DNA from: Phycisphaerae bacterium
Lineage (GTDB): Bacteria > Planctomycetota > Phycisphaerae > SM23-33
Length of the DNA stretch: 64,000 nucleotides
Direction: 5' to 3'
Assembly: GCA_009783465.1 (NCBI GenBank)
Contig: WRDM01000006.1
Span: 27,197-91,196 of the forward strand
A program made the position numbers and the translations under genes. Below, piece after piece: positions 18,461 to 28,588 of this stretch. How positions within the stretch are numbered: the stretch's first letter is position 1; every line of letters begins with the position of its first letter. The notes under the pieces were generated by a model. The model saw only the letters and a program-made list of their open reading frames with translations. It was not told the DNA's origin and did not search any database.

Positions 18461-19504
18461 ATGAGCGTACTGGATATTTGCCTGGACGACCTCCAGCGGC
18501 GGATTGACGAGACGGCCGAGGCCGAGCGGCTGCGGGCGTGGGTGGAGTTTCTGGACGGGCGGTGCCCGACGGTGGAGTTTTTCCCGTCGGAGCGTGCGCC
18601 GTCGAAGCCTGGCGTGGCGTGGCCCCGGCCTCGCGTGAACGAGACGCTGGAGGATTTCGACGCGATGCTGCTTCAGCAGTTTCGCGGCGTGTCGGACGTG
18701 CTGGAGCACGGCTGGCGGAACGTGTTGAGCGTGCGGAGCAATTACGGCACGGGGATTTTGCCGACGTTGTTCGGCTGTGAACTGTTTTTGATGGAGGACC
18801 AGCAGGACACGCTGCCGGCCGCCCGGCCGTTGGGGACCGCCGATGCCGTCCGCCGGCTGCTGGACCGCGGCGTGCCGGATCTCGACACGGGGCTGGGCGC
18901 GCGGACGTTCGAGTGCGGACGGCGGCTCAAGGAAATCCTGGGCCGCCATCCCGTGCTGGAGCGGTGGGTCTGGCTGTATCATCCCGACGTGCAGGGGCCC
19001 ATCGACGTCGCGGAGGTCGTGTGGGGCAGCGACATGTTCTACGCGTTTTACGAGGATCCGCCGCTGCTTCGCGATTTTCTGAACCTGGTCACGGAGACGT
19101 ACATCGCGTTCCTGCGGCGGTGGTACGAAATTGTGCCGCAACGCACGTCCTACGCCGCGCACTGGGGGCTGATGCATAAAGGTACGATCATGCTGCGGAA
19201 CGACTCGCTGATGAATCTCTCGCCGCAGGCGTACGTGGAGTTCGTCAGGCCTTTGGATGAACGGTGTTTCGACGCGTTTGGCGGCGGGGCGATTCATTTC
19301 TGCGGGCGGTGCGAACACTACATCGAGCCGATGAGCGCCTGTCGAGGCCTGACGGCGGTGAACATGGGCCAGCCGTACATGAACGATTCGGAGATGATTT
19401 GTCGCCATTCGGTAGATAAAGGCATTCACATCGTCGGGTTGTTCGGCGATTTTCCGCGTCGCGACGGCGGCACGCTGCGAGGACTGGCGCATCGGCAGGG
19501 GTGA
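18461..19504 (+). CDS. Hypothetical protein, possibly uroporphyrinogen-decarboxylase (URO-D)-like fold
   Basis: ATG 18461 follows AGGAG. Only weak by-eye resemblance to URO-D/MtaA-type proteins. Confidence 0.35.
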   Translation: MSVLDICLDDLQRRIDETAEAERLRAWVEFLDGRCPTVEFFPSERAPSKPGVAWPRPRVNETLEDFDAMLLQQFRGVSDVLEHGWRNVLSVRSNYGTGILPTLFGCELFLMEDQQDTLPAARPLGTADAVRRLLDRGVPDLDTGLGARTFECGRRLKEILGRHPVLERWVWLYHPDVQGPIDVAEVVWGSDMFYAFYEDPPLLRDFLNLVTETYIAFLRRWYEIVPQRTSYAAHWGLMHKGTIMLRNDSLMNLSPQAYVEFVRPLDERCFDAFGGGAIHFCGRCEHYIEPMSACRGLTAVNMGQPYMNDSEMICRHSVDKGIHIVGLFGDFPRRDGGTLRGLAHRQG

Positions 19505-19510
19505 GCGCAA

Positions 19511-19659
19511 CGTGACGCTGGCATCTTGCCCGCGTGTCTCGCGGGCGTCCCACCCGCGTTGGTTTTGCGAAAATGCTTGTTTTTATGGCATCCGTCGTGA
19601 GGAACAGTTAGCGAGGGCAAGATGCCCTCGCCACACGCGGGCGAGGCGCCCGCGTCACG
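19511..19659. repeat. Family G hairpin-of-hairpins element, copy G1
   Basis: Arms built of units such as gcgggcgtc..acccgc and cgagggcaagatgccctcg. Arms at 19511-19558 and 19611-19659 are complementary. Confidence 0.7.
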
Positions 19660-19837
19660 TTATAGGCGATCGCCCTGGGGATTTTCCTGGGGGATTTCCC
19701 TTGGGCGAAACAATGTCCGGCGTCGGGCGTTTTACTTAGTAAAGGAAAAAGGTAGAGGCTCCGGGTTCGCGGTGCCGTCGGTTTGCCGGTCGCCGTTCCT
19801 GAAAAATTTATTCCGCATGGAAATTGTCGGGATTTTT

Positions 19838-19865
19838 TTGACACCCGGAAAAATTTCGTGATAAT
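19838..19865 (+). promoter_or_regulatory. Strong sigma70-like promoter for the giant gene: TTGACA-N16-GATAAT
   Basis: ttTTGACAcccggaaaaatttcgtGATAATgagg, about 85 nt upstream of ATG 19949. A-tract/T-tract UP-like sequence lies upstream. Confidence 0.5.
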
Positions 19866-19948
19866 GAGGTCCAGCCGCGCATATGGCGCGGGTTTTGTGT
19901 GCGCGTAGCGTCGAGATGTTCAGGATTCAAAGGATTAGGGAGTATCGC

Positions 19949-22900
19949 ATGTCCGTTGAAGAGCACAACTACAACACCATCGTTCGTCCAGTTCTGGAAA
20001 ATCTTGAGCAGCGTCTGATGCTGACGACGCTGTATGCCGGGGATTTCTTCATCTATCAAAACAGCCAGGGCGACGTGATCCGCGTTGACTTGGTTGACTA
20101 CACCGATTCCTCCGTGCGGGCGGAGTTGATCGCCAACCACCGCGACGTTTTTGTGGCGGGGCACCCGACGTTCGAAGGCGGCTACGGTGACGTCGTCGGC
20201 ATCCTCTATAAAGCCAATGGCGACGTGGAGTACATCGGCTGGGGCGACGGGTTTTCGACGGTGTTTACGTTCGACGCCGACGGCAACAGGGGCTGGAAGG
20301 GTGGCCCCGCGGTCGAAACCATCAAGATCAACCCGGGCACGCCGCTGGAAGAAGACGTCACCTCCACCAACTGGGGCAGTTGGACGGAAATCTACGCGAT
20401 CTACATTCCCAACGCCACGCCCAACACGCAACTGCTGGTGACGACGCTGTCGGACGACGGCATGGATCCCAGGGCGCTGTGGACGGTGGATGGGTTCAGC
20501 GGGACGACGCCGTTCCTCCAGGGATATAATCCCCGAAACGGACAATTCGATGAGCCGGGGGCGGATAACATTCATGCGCCCGCGGGCACCGGCGGCGCGC
20601 TGGTCGGCGGGATGCACGCACCGTACTCGCCGGAGGAAGGGGATCCGACGGCCGAGACGATGGGGCACTATTGGGCACCGGCCTACGATTTTGGCCGTTA
20701 TCTCGACTACGGTATCGGCGTGTTCCCAGGCGGCTACATTGAGGGCGGCATCACCGTCGAGTCGGGCGACATGGGCCACATCCTGGTGATGGGCACGGTG
20801 GCGGGCAATGTCTATGTGCCGGGGTCGCTGGAGCGGAGCTATATCGGGTTCCTGTGGGGCACGATGGAAGTGTACGGCAGCATGGACACGCTGCTGCTCA
20901 AGTCCGGTGGCCTCGCCGAAGAAGGCAAGCGTCCCATGGACGCATCCATCTACGTGGCCGGTCAGATTCGGCTCATCGACGCCACCAGCGGCGACCTGGC
21001 GGTGAACATTCTCGTGGACAACGCGTACTGGGCGTCTTCGCCTTCGTGGGACCCCACGTTCGTCCTTGAATGGGAAGTCATTGGAGACGAAGAATGGCTT
21101 GACGAGCAGCAGACCGTTTCCGGCTGGCTGTTCGGTTACTGGGTGGATCACACCAACGACACGATGGCGACGGCACAGTACGTTTCGTCGCCCACCGGTT
21201 TCGCCACGATCTGGGGCCGGTCCGAACAGGCGATGACGGGCACAGGCACGGGCACGGGCCGCGGGTCGGTGGACTACTACGCCTTCTCCGTCATGGGCGG
21301 CCAGACGATCACGATCAACGGCTGCGTCGGTCATTACGACATCACCATGGGCGACACGTTCAACGGGTTCGTCGGGTGGGATGTGTACGGCTTCACGGTG
21401 AGACTGGTGGACATGCACGGTAACGTGATCGACACGCTGGGCAAGCACACCACGAGCGGCGCCAGTCCCACCGCATTCGATGAGCAGAAGCCCATCGTGT
21501 TCACCGCCCCCGAAGCGGGCATCTACTACATTGAGGTGTCGGATGACGGTCGCATACGGCCGCCCCTGACGTACACCTTGTTCCTGTCGGGGTTGACCGG
21601 GACGGCGTTGGGTGCGATTCACGTCGCCGGCATGTACGGCCAGGCGGTGGATGAGGAGACGAACACGGTCGAGGTAACGGGCATCAGTGTCCGTAACGGC
21701 GGTTCGGTGGGCGTCATCGACGTGGGAGAAACGCTCCGGGGCGGGAGCATCTACGTCAAGGGCGGCGGTGAGTTGGGCGTGCTGCGCGCCAACGTCATCA
21801 CGGCCGGCTACCTCGAAACGGACAGCAACGTCGGTCGACTGCACACCGAAGGCAACATGAACATGAACGTCATCGTCGGGATGACGATGTTCAACGACAA
21901 CGCCTACATTCAGAACATTTACTGCGGCGGCATATTTGGCACGATGCGGATCGGCAGCCCCAACATCCTGGCCACCACGGGATCGATCGGCATTATGGAG
22001 GTAGTGGGCGATATCGTGGCCACGAACATCATCGTCAACAGCGACGGTGTTGGTCCGGGCGGACGGATCGACCTGATCGACGTCGGCGGCAACTGGGGCG
22101 GGGCGAACGATCCGCCGACGCTCTCCACGGGTCCCAACGGTAACATCGGCGCCATCCGCGTGGTGGGCGACATTTACGAGCGGGGCATGGATGGCTGGCT
22201 GCGCGTGGTTCCGTACACGATTTACGACGACGGTCGAACCGTCGTGCTCAACGACGACGGCGGCGGGCAGCTTCGGGTGACCGGCCTGCGGTCGCCTGTT
22301 CTGGGCCCGAACGGTCAGCCGGTGCGCGACGCGAACGGAATGTGGCAGTTTTTCACCACGACGGTCGCGTTCCGCTACATCAAGGTGGACGGCGGCGTGG
22401 GCGGCGTGATTGTGGATTTACAGGTCAACGGCCCGGTGTCGATGGTTGCCGACGGCGTGGTGCACGTGTCGCACCTGTTGATTACCGGCGAGAATCCGAC
22501 CATTTCGGTCAGCGGTTCGGGCGAGTGCAGTTTCTACTACGTCAGCGCGGCGGCGTTTGTGCAGTCGTTCACCAACACCACGCCGGGCGCGCTGGTGAGC
22601 GGGCGGTTTGGCGGCGGCGTGGATCGGATTGCCGTCAACGGCAGTATCGGCGCGCAGGCGGGTTCGACGGGCGCGTGGATTTCCGGCTACGAGTTCGCTC
22701 CCGGTTCGGGCATGGGCACGGGCACTCCGGCCGCGATCAACGTGGCCGCCGAGGTGCGGTTCGGCTGGTTCGCCAACCGCATTAACGGGTTGAATATTAT
22801 CGGCGACGTGAACGTGATCAGCGCCGGCGGGAGCATTGGCGACCTGCGGATCGAAGGCAGCGTCAATCAGATCATCGCCAACAGCGACAAGCGGACGACG

Positions 22901-25900
22901 CCCGGCGGGTGGGACGGTATTGCGGGCGTGGTCTGGGCGCGAGGGCGGATCGGGTCGATTTCCGTTGGCGATGGCGTGGCGGACACGGGCGGCGGCGAGT
23001 TGGCCCGCGCGGGTATCTTCTCCACCGCTGGCATCGGCACGGTGAGCATCAGCGGCCCGCGGTACGAGTCGGGCGGCAAGGTGTTCGGCGAGATTCGCGG
23101 CGTGATTATCGGTTCGGGCGCGGGGATCGACAGAGTCGTCGGCACCAACGGCGCGACGCTGACGGGCTGGGTGCTCGGTACGGCCCTGGACACGTTTACC
23201 AATCTCGGGTGGATGATGACCAGCCCGATCGGGACGGTCAATTTCAGCGGCCAGGGCGCCTTCATTTACCAGACGACCATTTCGGGAACCATTGTCGGTT
23301 CGGTCATTACCTCCAGGGATTCCAGGGGTATCTGGAATGTGTACATTTCCGGCGATTATCCGCCTGGCGCCAACGTGCTGTCGATCGGCAGGATCGAAGC
23401 GGGCGGCGACGGCCTGATCGACTGCTTCATTTACGGCGGTTCCGGGCGCATCGGCCCGATCGTCGGCGTCGGTCCGGTGGCGGATATCCGCAACACGACG
23501 TTCGAATCGCCCGACGGGATCGTGTCGCTGACCGCGCGCGACTTCTCGGGCAACTTCTTCTCGACGCCGGGTAAGATTGACTCGATCAACGCGACGGGCA
23601 TGTTCATCGGCAACACGTCCACGTTGATGGGCGGGCTGGGCAAGCTCACCGTCGGCAGGGATTTCCGCAACAACTATATCGCGGTGGCCGGCACGGTCGA
23701 CACGGTGTCGATCAAGGGCCAGTTCATGAATTCGGCGCTGGTGATCCAGGGTGCCGACGGCCACCTGAAGAACGTCACCATCGGCGGCGACATGGACGAG
23801 AACAGCCTGCTCCTGTCGGCCGGGCGCATCGGGAAGATCGTCGTGAGCGGCCAGGTCCGCGGCGACATCGTGACGACCAGCGGCGGCAAGGCGGGCGACA
23901 TCGAGACGCTCCAGGTCGACGGCGGGTATGTCGGCAACCTGACGGTCGGCGGCAGCCTGGGCACGTTCACCACCAAGACGTCGCTGGGGCTGGATCCGAG
24001 TTTGTACGGCTACACGCAGACGTTCAACATCTGGGGCAACGTGGGCATGATCCGCGTGCAGTCGGGCGGCAAAGACCCGGTGACCAAGCAGAACATTCCG
24101 GCGGACCTGTTCGCCAACATCAACGTGGGCGGCAACGTCAAGACGATCCAGGTGGACGGCACGCTGTATGGCGACATCAGCGTCAACGGCGACCTGGAGA
24201 ATCTGCAACTGGCCGGCGGGCTTGGCGGGATGCTGGACATCGGCGGCACGCCGACGCCGTTCGGCAGCGTGCATGCGCTGGGATCGCTGAAGAATCTGAA
24301 GTTCAACACGGCCCAGGACATGGTGGCCGACCTGTTTCTCGGCGGCTCGCTGAAGTCGCTGGAGATGAAGGGCGGTTCGATCCTTGGCAATATCGAGATG
24401 CCGTCGGGCACGATCGGCACGCTGTCGGTCAGCGGCGGCGACATCGCGGGCAACGTCACGGTCCGCAGCGTCGAGAAGATTTCGGTGACGGGCACGCAGG
24501 ACAAGACCACCGGCATGATCGTCGGCGGCAACATCTTCGGCGACCTGACCGTCACGGGCGGGAACGTCAAGAACATCACGCTCAAGAACGGCTCGCTGCT
24601 GGGCGACGTGTCGGTGCTCAACGGCGACCTGGAGCAACTGAACATCGAGATGGGTTCGCTGATCGGGTCGGTGCTCGTCAGCGGCACCCTGAAGAAGGTC
24701 GAGATTTCCGGCGGCGATCTGCTGGCCCCGGTGGAGGCAGGGGGCACGATCGGCACCGTGTCGGTCAAGAGCAAAAAAGTCAATAACGTCGTTATTGGCG
24801 GCAACATCGCCGCCCTGATCAACGGCGTCTACGGCGTGGGTAACGTGCAGGTCGAGGGCAACCTCTCGAGCACGATTCGCTCGGGCGTGAGCATCAACCA
24901 GGTGACGGCCGGCTCGATGAGCGCCGGCGCGATCGTCTCGGCGGCGTACAACATCGGCACGGTCAACGTCAAGGGCAACATGATCAACGCGATGGTGTTG
25001 GCGGGCTACGACGTCGGCCCCGACGGCGTGTTCGACACGGGCGACGACAACCCGCTGACCGGCGGCGCGGTCCATGCCGGCACCATCAAGTCGGTCACGG
25101 TCAACGGCCTGTTCTTCAACTCCACCGTGGCTGCGGGCGTGAATCCCGACGACCTGGCCAACCCCGCCAAGGGCGTCAGCCGCATCGAGAAGATGAAGAT
25201 CAACGACAAGCTCAACACCAACCTGGGCGCGAGCGCGGTGTTGGCGCACACGTCGATCGACGCGAGTTTCCTCAAGTTCCTCACGGACAAGAGCATCGCC
25301 GGCGTGACGGCGAGCATTGTGACATACGCGGATCCGGCTGTGGGCGGCTTGCCGGAGTTCGGCCAGAACTCGACGTCGAAACAGCAGACGTATCCTTTGA
25401 TCGGCACCATCGACGGTTTGAGCTTCAAGCTCACCGGCGCGGGCAAGGCGTACTACGACAGCGTCAACCACACGCTGATCCTGTGGGATACGACGTCGTC
25501 GAGCCAACTGACGATCACGGGCGACAACGGCGTCAACGAGTTGACGATCATCAGCCGGGACAACGCGGCCCTTGGCTCGCTGACGGCGGGCGCGAACGTG
25601 AATATCGAGCGGATCGAGATTGACGGCCTGGTCGGCAAATTGACGCTGGCCTCGGGCGTCACCGATACGCTGTACCTGCCGGGCGGCCTGAACGAAGGGA
25701 GGCTTCTCAGCCTGGCGCCGACGTCCACGTTTGGCGCCGTCGGCACGCTGGCGGTTGCCAACGGCACGGCCGCGGATCTGCTCGTCGACACGGTCAAGAA
25801 TCTGACGGTCGGCGGCATGCGTCTGGACCTGGGCAAGGGCCAACTGGTCAACGACGGCAACGTCTTCAGCACCATGTTCTTCGAGACGGACGTGCTGTTC

Positions 25901-28453
25901 GGCGGCATTGAGAAGCTCGACGTCAAGGGCCTGCTCAACAGCGCCAACGTCTTCCGCGGCGAAGTGAAGACGGTGACGGCACTGGGCGGCGGTGTCAACG
26001 CGATGTTGACCCTCCTGGTGGGCACGCTGGACAAGATCAACAGCAACGCCAACACCAAGTTCGGCTTCACAGGCGACTGGGCCGGCGTGGTGGACATTCA
26101 CAAGGGCCTGCTGAAAAACGCCTCCTTCGCCGGCGCGGTTGGCGGCGAGATTCACGCCGCTGGCGGGATCGGCAAGATCTCGGCGACTGGCGACATGACG
26201 GGCGTCATCGCCACGCGCGGCGACGTGGACAACATCAGCACGAAGGGCACGCTGCGAGGCCGTATCGGCGCGGCGGGCTCCGGCAAGACGGTGGACGTCG
26301 GCGCGATGGACGGTGCGTTGGTGAGTTTCGGCGGCAATTTGGACACGGTGAAGGTCGCCCGCGACATGGTCGACAGCATGATCCTGGCGGGCTTCGACGC
26401 CGGCAGCGCGGGCTACCAGCCGGGCGACAGCTTCTGGAATGCGGCCCAGTTGGACAGCCGAAGCACCAGTCCGGGCAATGCGGACAGGCCTTCGTCGGGC
26501 AGCATCAAGCAGGTCACGGTCGGCGGACGGATGGAACGTTCGTCGATCGGCGCGGGCGTCTCGCCGGGGAACGACGGGTTCCTGGGCAGCAACGACGACA
26601 TGGTGTTCGGCATGGGCACGATCGGCAGGGTGCAGGTCAAGGGTTACATCACCGGATCGCTCAACCCCGCCGAACACTACGGTATCGTGGCCGCCAGCAA
26701 CCTGCCGCAGGTCACGATGTACAATCAGCCCTTCACCGGGCTGGGCAACATGGTGGTCCAGTGGGTCTCCGGCATGGCCGGCCCCTTGCAGGTGGTCGAC
26801 ATCAGCGTGCGATACAACTCGGTGACCATCTACTTCAACCATCCGCTGGACATGTCGACGTTCGACTCGTCGTCGCTGCACGTGTTGATGGCGAACAATT
26901 CGTCGTTCATCGGCGCCACGGACATGATGTCGCTGTCGCACACGATATCGTACGACAACAGCCGCTACGCCGTGACCATCTCCATGGGCACGCAATGGTC
27001 GAATTACGGCGAGTGGATGCAGGTGACGGTGGACGACACGGTGCGGGATAACCGCAATAACCGACTGGACGGCGAGTTCCGCGGCGCGTTCCCGTCGGGC
27101 GACAGCAAGGCCGGCGGCGACTTTGTGTTCACCTACTTCATGGGCGACCTCCCCGGTGATTTCTACTACACAATCCCGACCATTCAGCCGGTTCTGGACG
27201 GCGGGCCGCTTGTCTTCTCCAGTACCTTTGCGTACTCGGGCGATGTGAGTATCCTCCACTTCTCCGCGGATGCGTGGACGTTCTTCTCGGCGAATCTGGT
27301 GGCCAACAGCAGTGCCTACCTGAGCATGGCGCTGTTCTATTATGATGCCGACGGCTTCGGCTACCACAAGCTGCTCACCCGGGTCGAAGCCAGCGACATG
27401 CCGGGCCAGTCGCTCTTCGCCGCGTTCGAACTGCCCGTGGCCGGCGACTACTACCTGGCGATCTGCATGCCGTCGGGTTTCGCGTCAACCATGTACACGC
27501 TGTCGATGACGCACGCCTCCAGCGACACGGAACTGGTGAACGCCCAACTGAACGGTGTGCTGCCTCGCGGCGCCCGCATCGCGTACGTGAGCAACGAGTT
27601 GAACGAGAACAACAACGAGCTTGGTTACAACGATCCCAAGCAGCTCGTGTACATTAACTTCACGGGCGGCGTGGCCACCAAATTCCTCGATTCGCACGGC
27701 TTCGACGCGGTCCCCGTGGGCGCGTTCAACCTGCGTGAGATTGACCCGACGCTGGCGAATCTGGAGAGCCAGATCATCAACGGCGGCGTGGTCAACGGCG
27801 TCGGCATCACCGGGATCATGGAGTACCTCCTGGAGATCTACCAGACGGTGCCCGCTTCGGTGCTTGGCATGGGCTGGAACGTCCAGCAGATCGTCACGGC
27901 GTTCGACTGGGACGCGTACGAGTCGGCCACGAACGGCCTGTTCTTCACGACGATCAATCCGGCGACGAAGGGGTACGATTCGGAGACGGAGTACACGACG
28001 ATCTTCGTGGGCAACGCCAATACGATGCTGTTCGGCGGTTCGCTTCTGGGCATCGCCTGCCAGGTGGATCTGGCGAACATGGAAAAGGCGGACAACGCCA
28101 TTGTGTTCTCGCAGATGTACGCCGGGTTCGCGACGGCTTCGACGGTGGCGGGCCGGTTGCAGCAGTACAGCTTTGCCCTGGCCAACTGCATCGCTCACGA
28201 ACTGGGCCACACGCTGGGCCTGAACCATCAGCCGACGGTAGGCTACTACTACACCCTGATGCCGGACCTGTACGGCGGTGATTTGTGGGCCGACATGTTC
28301 GACATGGGCGCGCTGATGGCGTACCGTCCGATGTACGATGACATGTCGAGCCTGTCGTATCTGGGCACGGCGTATGCGGAACATTTCCGCGGCATGTACG
28401 GCTACGTGGGGTATGTCGACACGCTGACGCAGTTGACGTGGTGGCTGACGTAA
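19949..28453 (+). CDS. Giant (2834 aa) secreted beta-helix-like repeat protein with C-terminal metzincin-type zinc protease domain
   Basis: GGGAG RBS and an N-terminal LENLEQRLMLTT motif. Hundreds of short G-x-hydrophobic repeats (for example GGDIAGNVTVRSVEKISVTG). Two PPC-like segments (GSVDYYAFSV; GDYYLAICMP). HELGHTLGLNH lies near the C-terminus. Confidence 0.85.
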   Translation: MSVEEHNYNTIVRPVLENLEQRLMLTTLYAGDFFIYQNSQGDVIRVDLVDYTDSSVRAELIANHRDVFVAGHPTFEGGYGDVVGILYKANGDVEYIGWGDGFSTVFTFDADGNRGWKGGPAVETIKINPGTPLEEDVTSTNWGSWTEIYAIYIPNATPNTQLLVTTLSDDGMDPRALWTVDGFSGTTPFLQGYNPRNGQFDEPGADNIHAPAGTGGALVGGMHAPYSPEEGDPTAETMGHYWAPAYDFGRYLDYGIGVFPGGYIEGGITVESGDMGHILVMGTVAGNVYVPGSLERSYIGFLWGTMEVYGSMDTLLLKSGGLAEEGKRPMDASIYVAGQIRLIDATSGDLAVNILVDNAYWASSPSWDPTFVLEWEVIGDEEWLDEQQTVSGWLFGYWVDHTNDTMATAQYVSSPTGFATIWGRSEQAMTGTGTGTGRGSVDYYAFSVMGGQTITINGCVGHYDITMGDTFNGFVGWDVYGFTVRLVDMHGNVIDTLGKHTTSGASPTAFDEQKPIVFTAPEAGIYYIEVSDDGRIRPPLTYTLFLSGLTGTALGAIHVAGMYGQAVDEETNTVEVTGISVRNGGSVGVIDVGETLRGGSIYVKGGGELGVLRANVITAGYLETDSNVGRLHTEGNMNMNVIVGMTMFNDNAYIQNIYCGGIFGTMRIGSPNILATTGSIGIMEVVGDIVATNIIVNSDGVGPGGRIDLIDVGGNWGGANDPPTLSTGPNGNIGAIRVVGDIYERGMDGWLRVVPYTIYDDGRTVVLNDDGGGQLRVTGLRSPVLGPNGQPVRDANGMWQFFTTTVAFRYIKVDGGVGGVIVDLQVNGPVSMVADGVVHVSHLLITGENPTISVSGSGECSFYYVSAAAFVQSFTNTTPGALVSGRFGGGVDRIAVNGSIGAQAGSTGAWISGYEFAPGSGMGTGTPAAINVAAEVRFGWFANRINGLNIIGDVNVISAGGSIGDLRIEGSVNQIIANSDKRTTPGGWDGIAGVVWARGRIGSISVGDGVADTGGGELARAGIFSTAGIGTVSISGPRYESGGKVFGEIRGVIIGSGAGIDRVVGTNGATLTGWVLGTALDTFTNLGWMMTSPIGTVNFSGQGAFIYQTTISGTIVGSVITSRDSRGIWNVYISGDYPPGANVLSIGRIEAGGDGLIDCFIYGGSGRIGPIVGVGPVADIRNTTFESPDGIVSLTARDFSGNFFSTPGKIDSINATGMFIGNTSTLMGGLGKLTVGRDFRNNYIAVAGTVDTVSIKGQFMNSALVIQGADGHLKNVTIGGDMDENSLLLSAGRIGKIVVSGQVRGDIVTTSGGKAGDIETLQVDGGYVGNLTVGGSLGTFTTKTSLGLDPSLYGYTQTFNIWGNVGMIRVQSGGKDPVTKQNIPADLFANINVGGNVKTIQVDGTLYGDISVNGDLENLQLAGGLGGMLDIGGTPTPFGSVHALGSLKNLKFNTAQDMVADLFLGGSLKSLEMKGGSILGNIEMPSGTIGTLSVSGGDIAGNVTVRSVEKISVTGTQDKTTGMIVGGNIFGDLTVTGGNVKNITLKNGSLLGDVSVLNGDLEQLNIEMGSLIGSVLVSGTLKKVEISGGDLLAPVEAGGTIGTVSVKSKKVNNVVIGGNIAALINGVYGVGNVQVEGNLSSTIRSGVSINQVTAGSMSAGAIVSAAYNIGTVNVKGNMINAMVLAGYDVGPDGVFDTGDDNPLTGGAVHAGTIKSVTVNGLFFNSTVAAGVNPDDLANPAKGVSRIEKMKINDKLNTNLGASAVLAHTSIDASFLKFLTDKSIAGVTASIVTYADPAVGGLPEFGQNSTSKQQTYPLIGTIDGLSFKLTGAGKAYYDSVNHTLILWDTTSSSQLTITGDNGVNELTIISRDNAALGSLTAGANVNIERIEIDGLVGKLTLASGVTDTLYLPGGLNEGRLLSLAPTSTFGAVGTLAVANGTAADLLVDTVKNLTVGGMRLDLGKGQLVNDGNVFSTMFFETDVLFGGIEKLDVKGLLNSANVFRGEVKTVTALGGGVNAMLTLLVGTLDKINSNANTKFGFTGDWAGVVDIHKGLLKNASFAGAVGGEIHAAGGIGKISATGDMTGVIATRGDVDNISTKGTLRGRIGAAGSGKTVDVGAMDGALVSFGGNLDTVKVARDMVDSMILAGFDAGSAGYQPGDSFWNAAQLDSRSTSPGNADRPSSGSIKQVTVGGRMERSSIGAGVSPGNDGFLGSNDDMVFGMGTIGRVQVKGYITGSLNPAEHYGIVAASNLPQVTMYNQPFTGLGNMVVQWVSGMAGPLQVVDISVRYNSVTIYFNHPLDMSTFDSSSLHVLMANNSSFIGATDMMSLSHTISYDNSRYAVTISMGTQWSNYGEWMQVTVDDTVRDNRNNRLDGEFRGAFPSGDSKAGGDFVFTYFMGDLPGDFYYTIPTIQPVLDGGPLVFSSTFAYSGDVSILHFSADAWTFFSANLVANSSAYLSMALFYYDADGFGYHKLLTRVEASDMPGQSLFAAFELPVAGDYYLAICMPSGFASTMYTLSMTHASSDTELVNAQLNGVLPRGARIAYVSNELNENNNELGYNDPKQLVYINFTGGVATKFLDSHGFDAVPVGAFNLREIDPTLANLESQIINGGVVNGVGITGIMEYLLEIYQTVPASVLGMGWNVQQIVTAFDWDAYESATNGLFFTTINPATKGYDSETEYTTIFVGNANTMLFGGSLLGIACQVDLANMEKADNAIVFSQMYAGFATASTVAGRLQQYSFALANCIAHELGHTLGLNHQPTVGYYYTLMPDLYGGDLWADMFDMGALMAYRPMYDDMSSLSYLGTAYAEHFRGMYGYVGYVDTLTQLTWWLT

Positions 28454-28588
28454 GCGTTGGCCTATGACGGTTCACCAACGGGCGGGAGTCGCGCGGCGGC
28501 TCCTTGCCCGTTGTCGTTGCCATGGCGACAGGAGGTGTTTTCGCGTGAGCGCATGGTCTCCGAAAACTCGTTGCGGAGCGGACGTCGG

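Noticed and set aside
22418-27367. 1649-aa ORF on the minus strand, antisense to the giant gene
   Set aside because: Its composition is dominated by Arg/Ala/Asp/His/Gly/Val runs with no domain logic, as expected for stop-free antisense frames in high-G+C coding DNA. The sense frame has an RBS, a signal-type N-terminus, coherent repeats and a protease motif.
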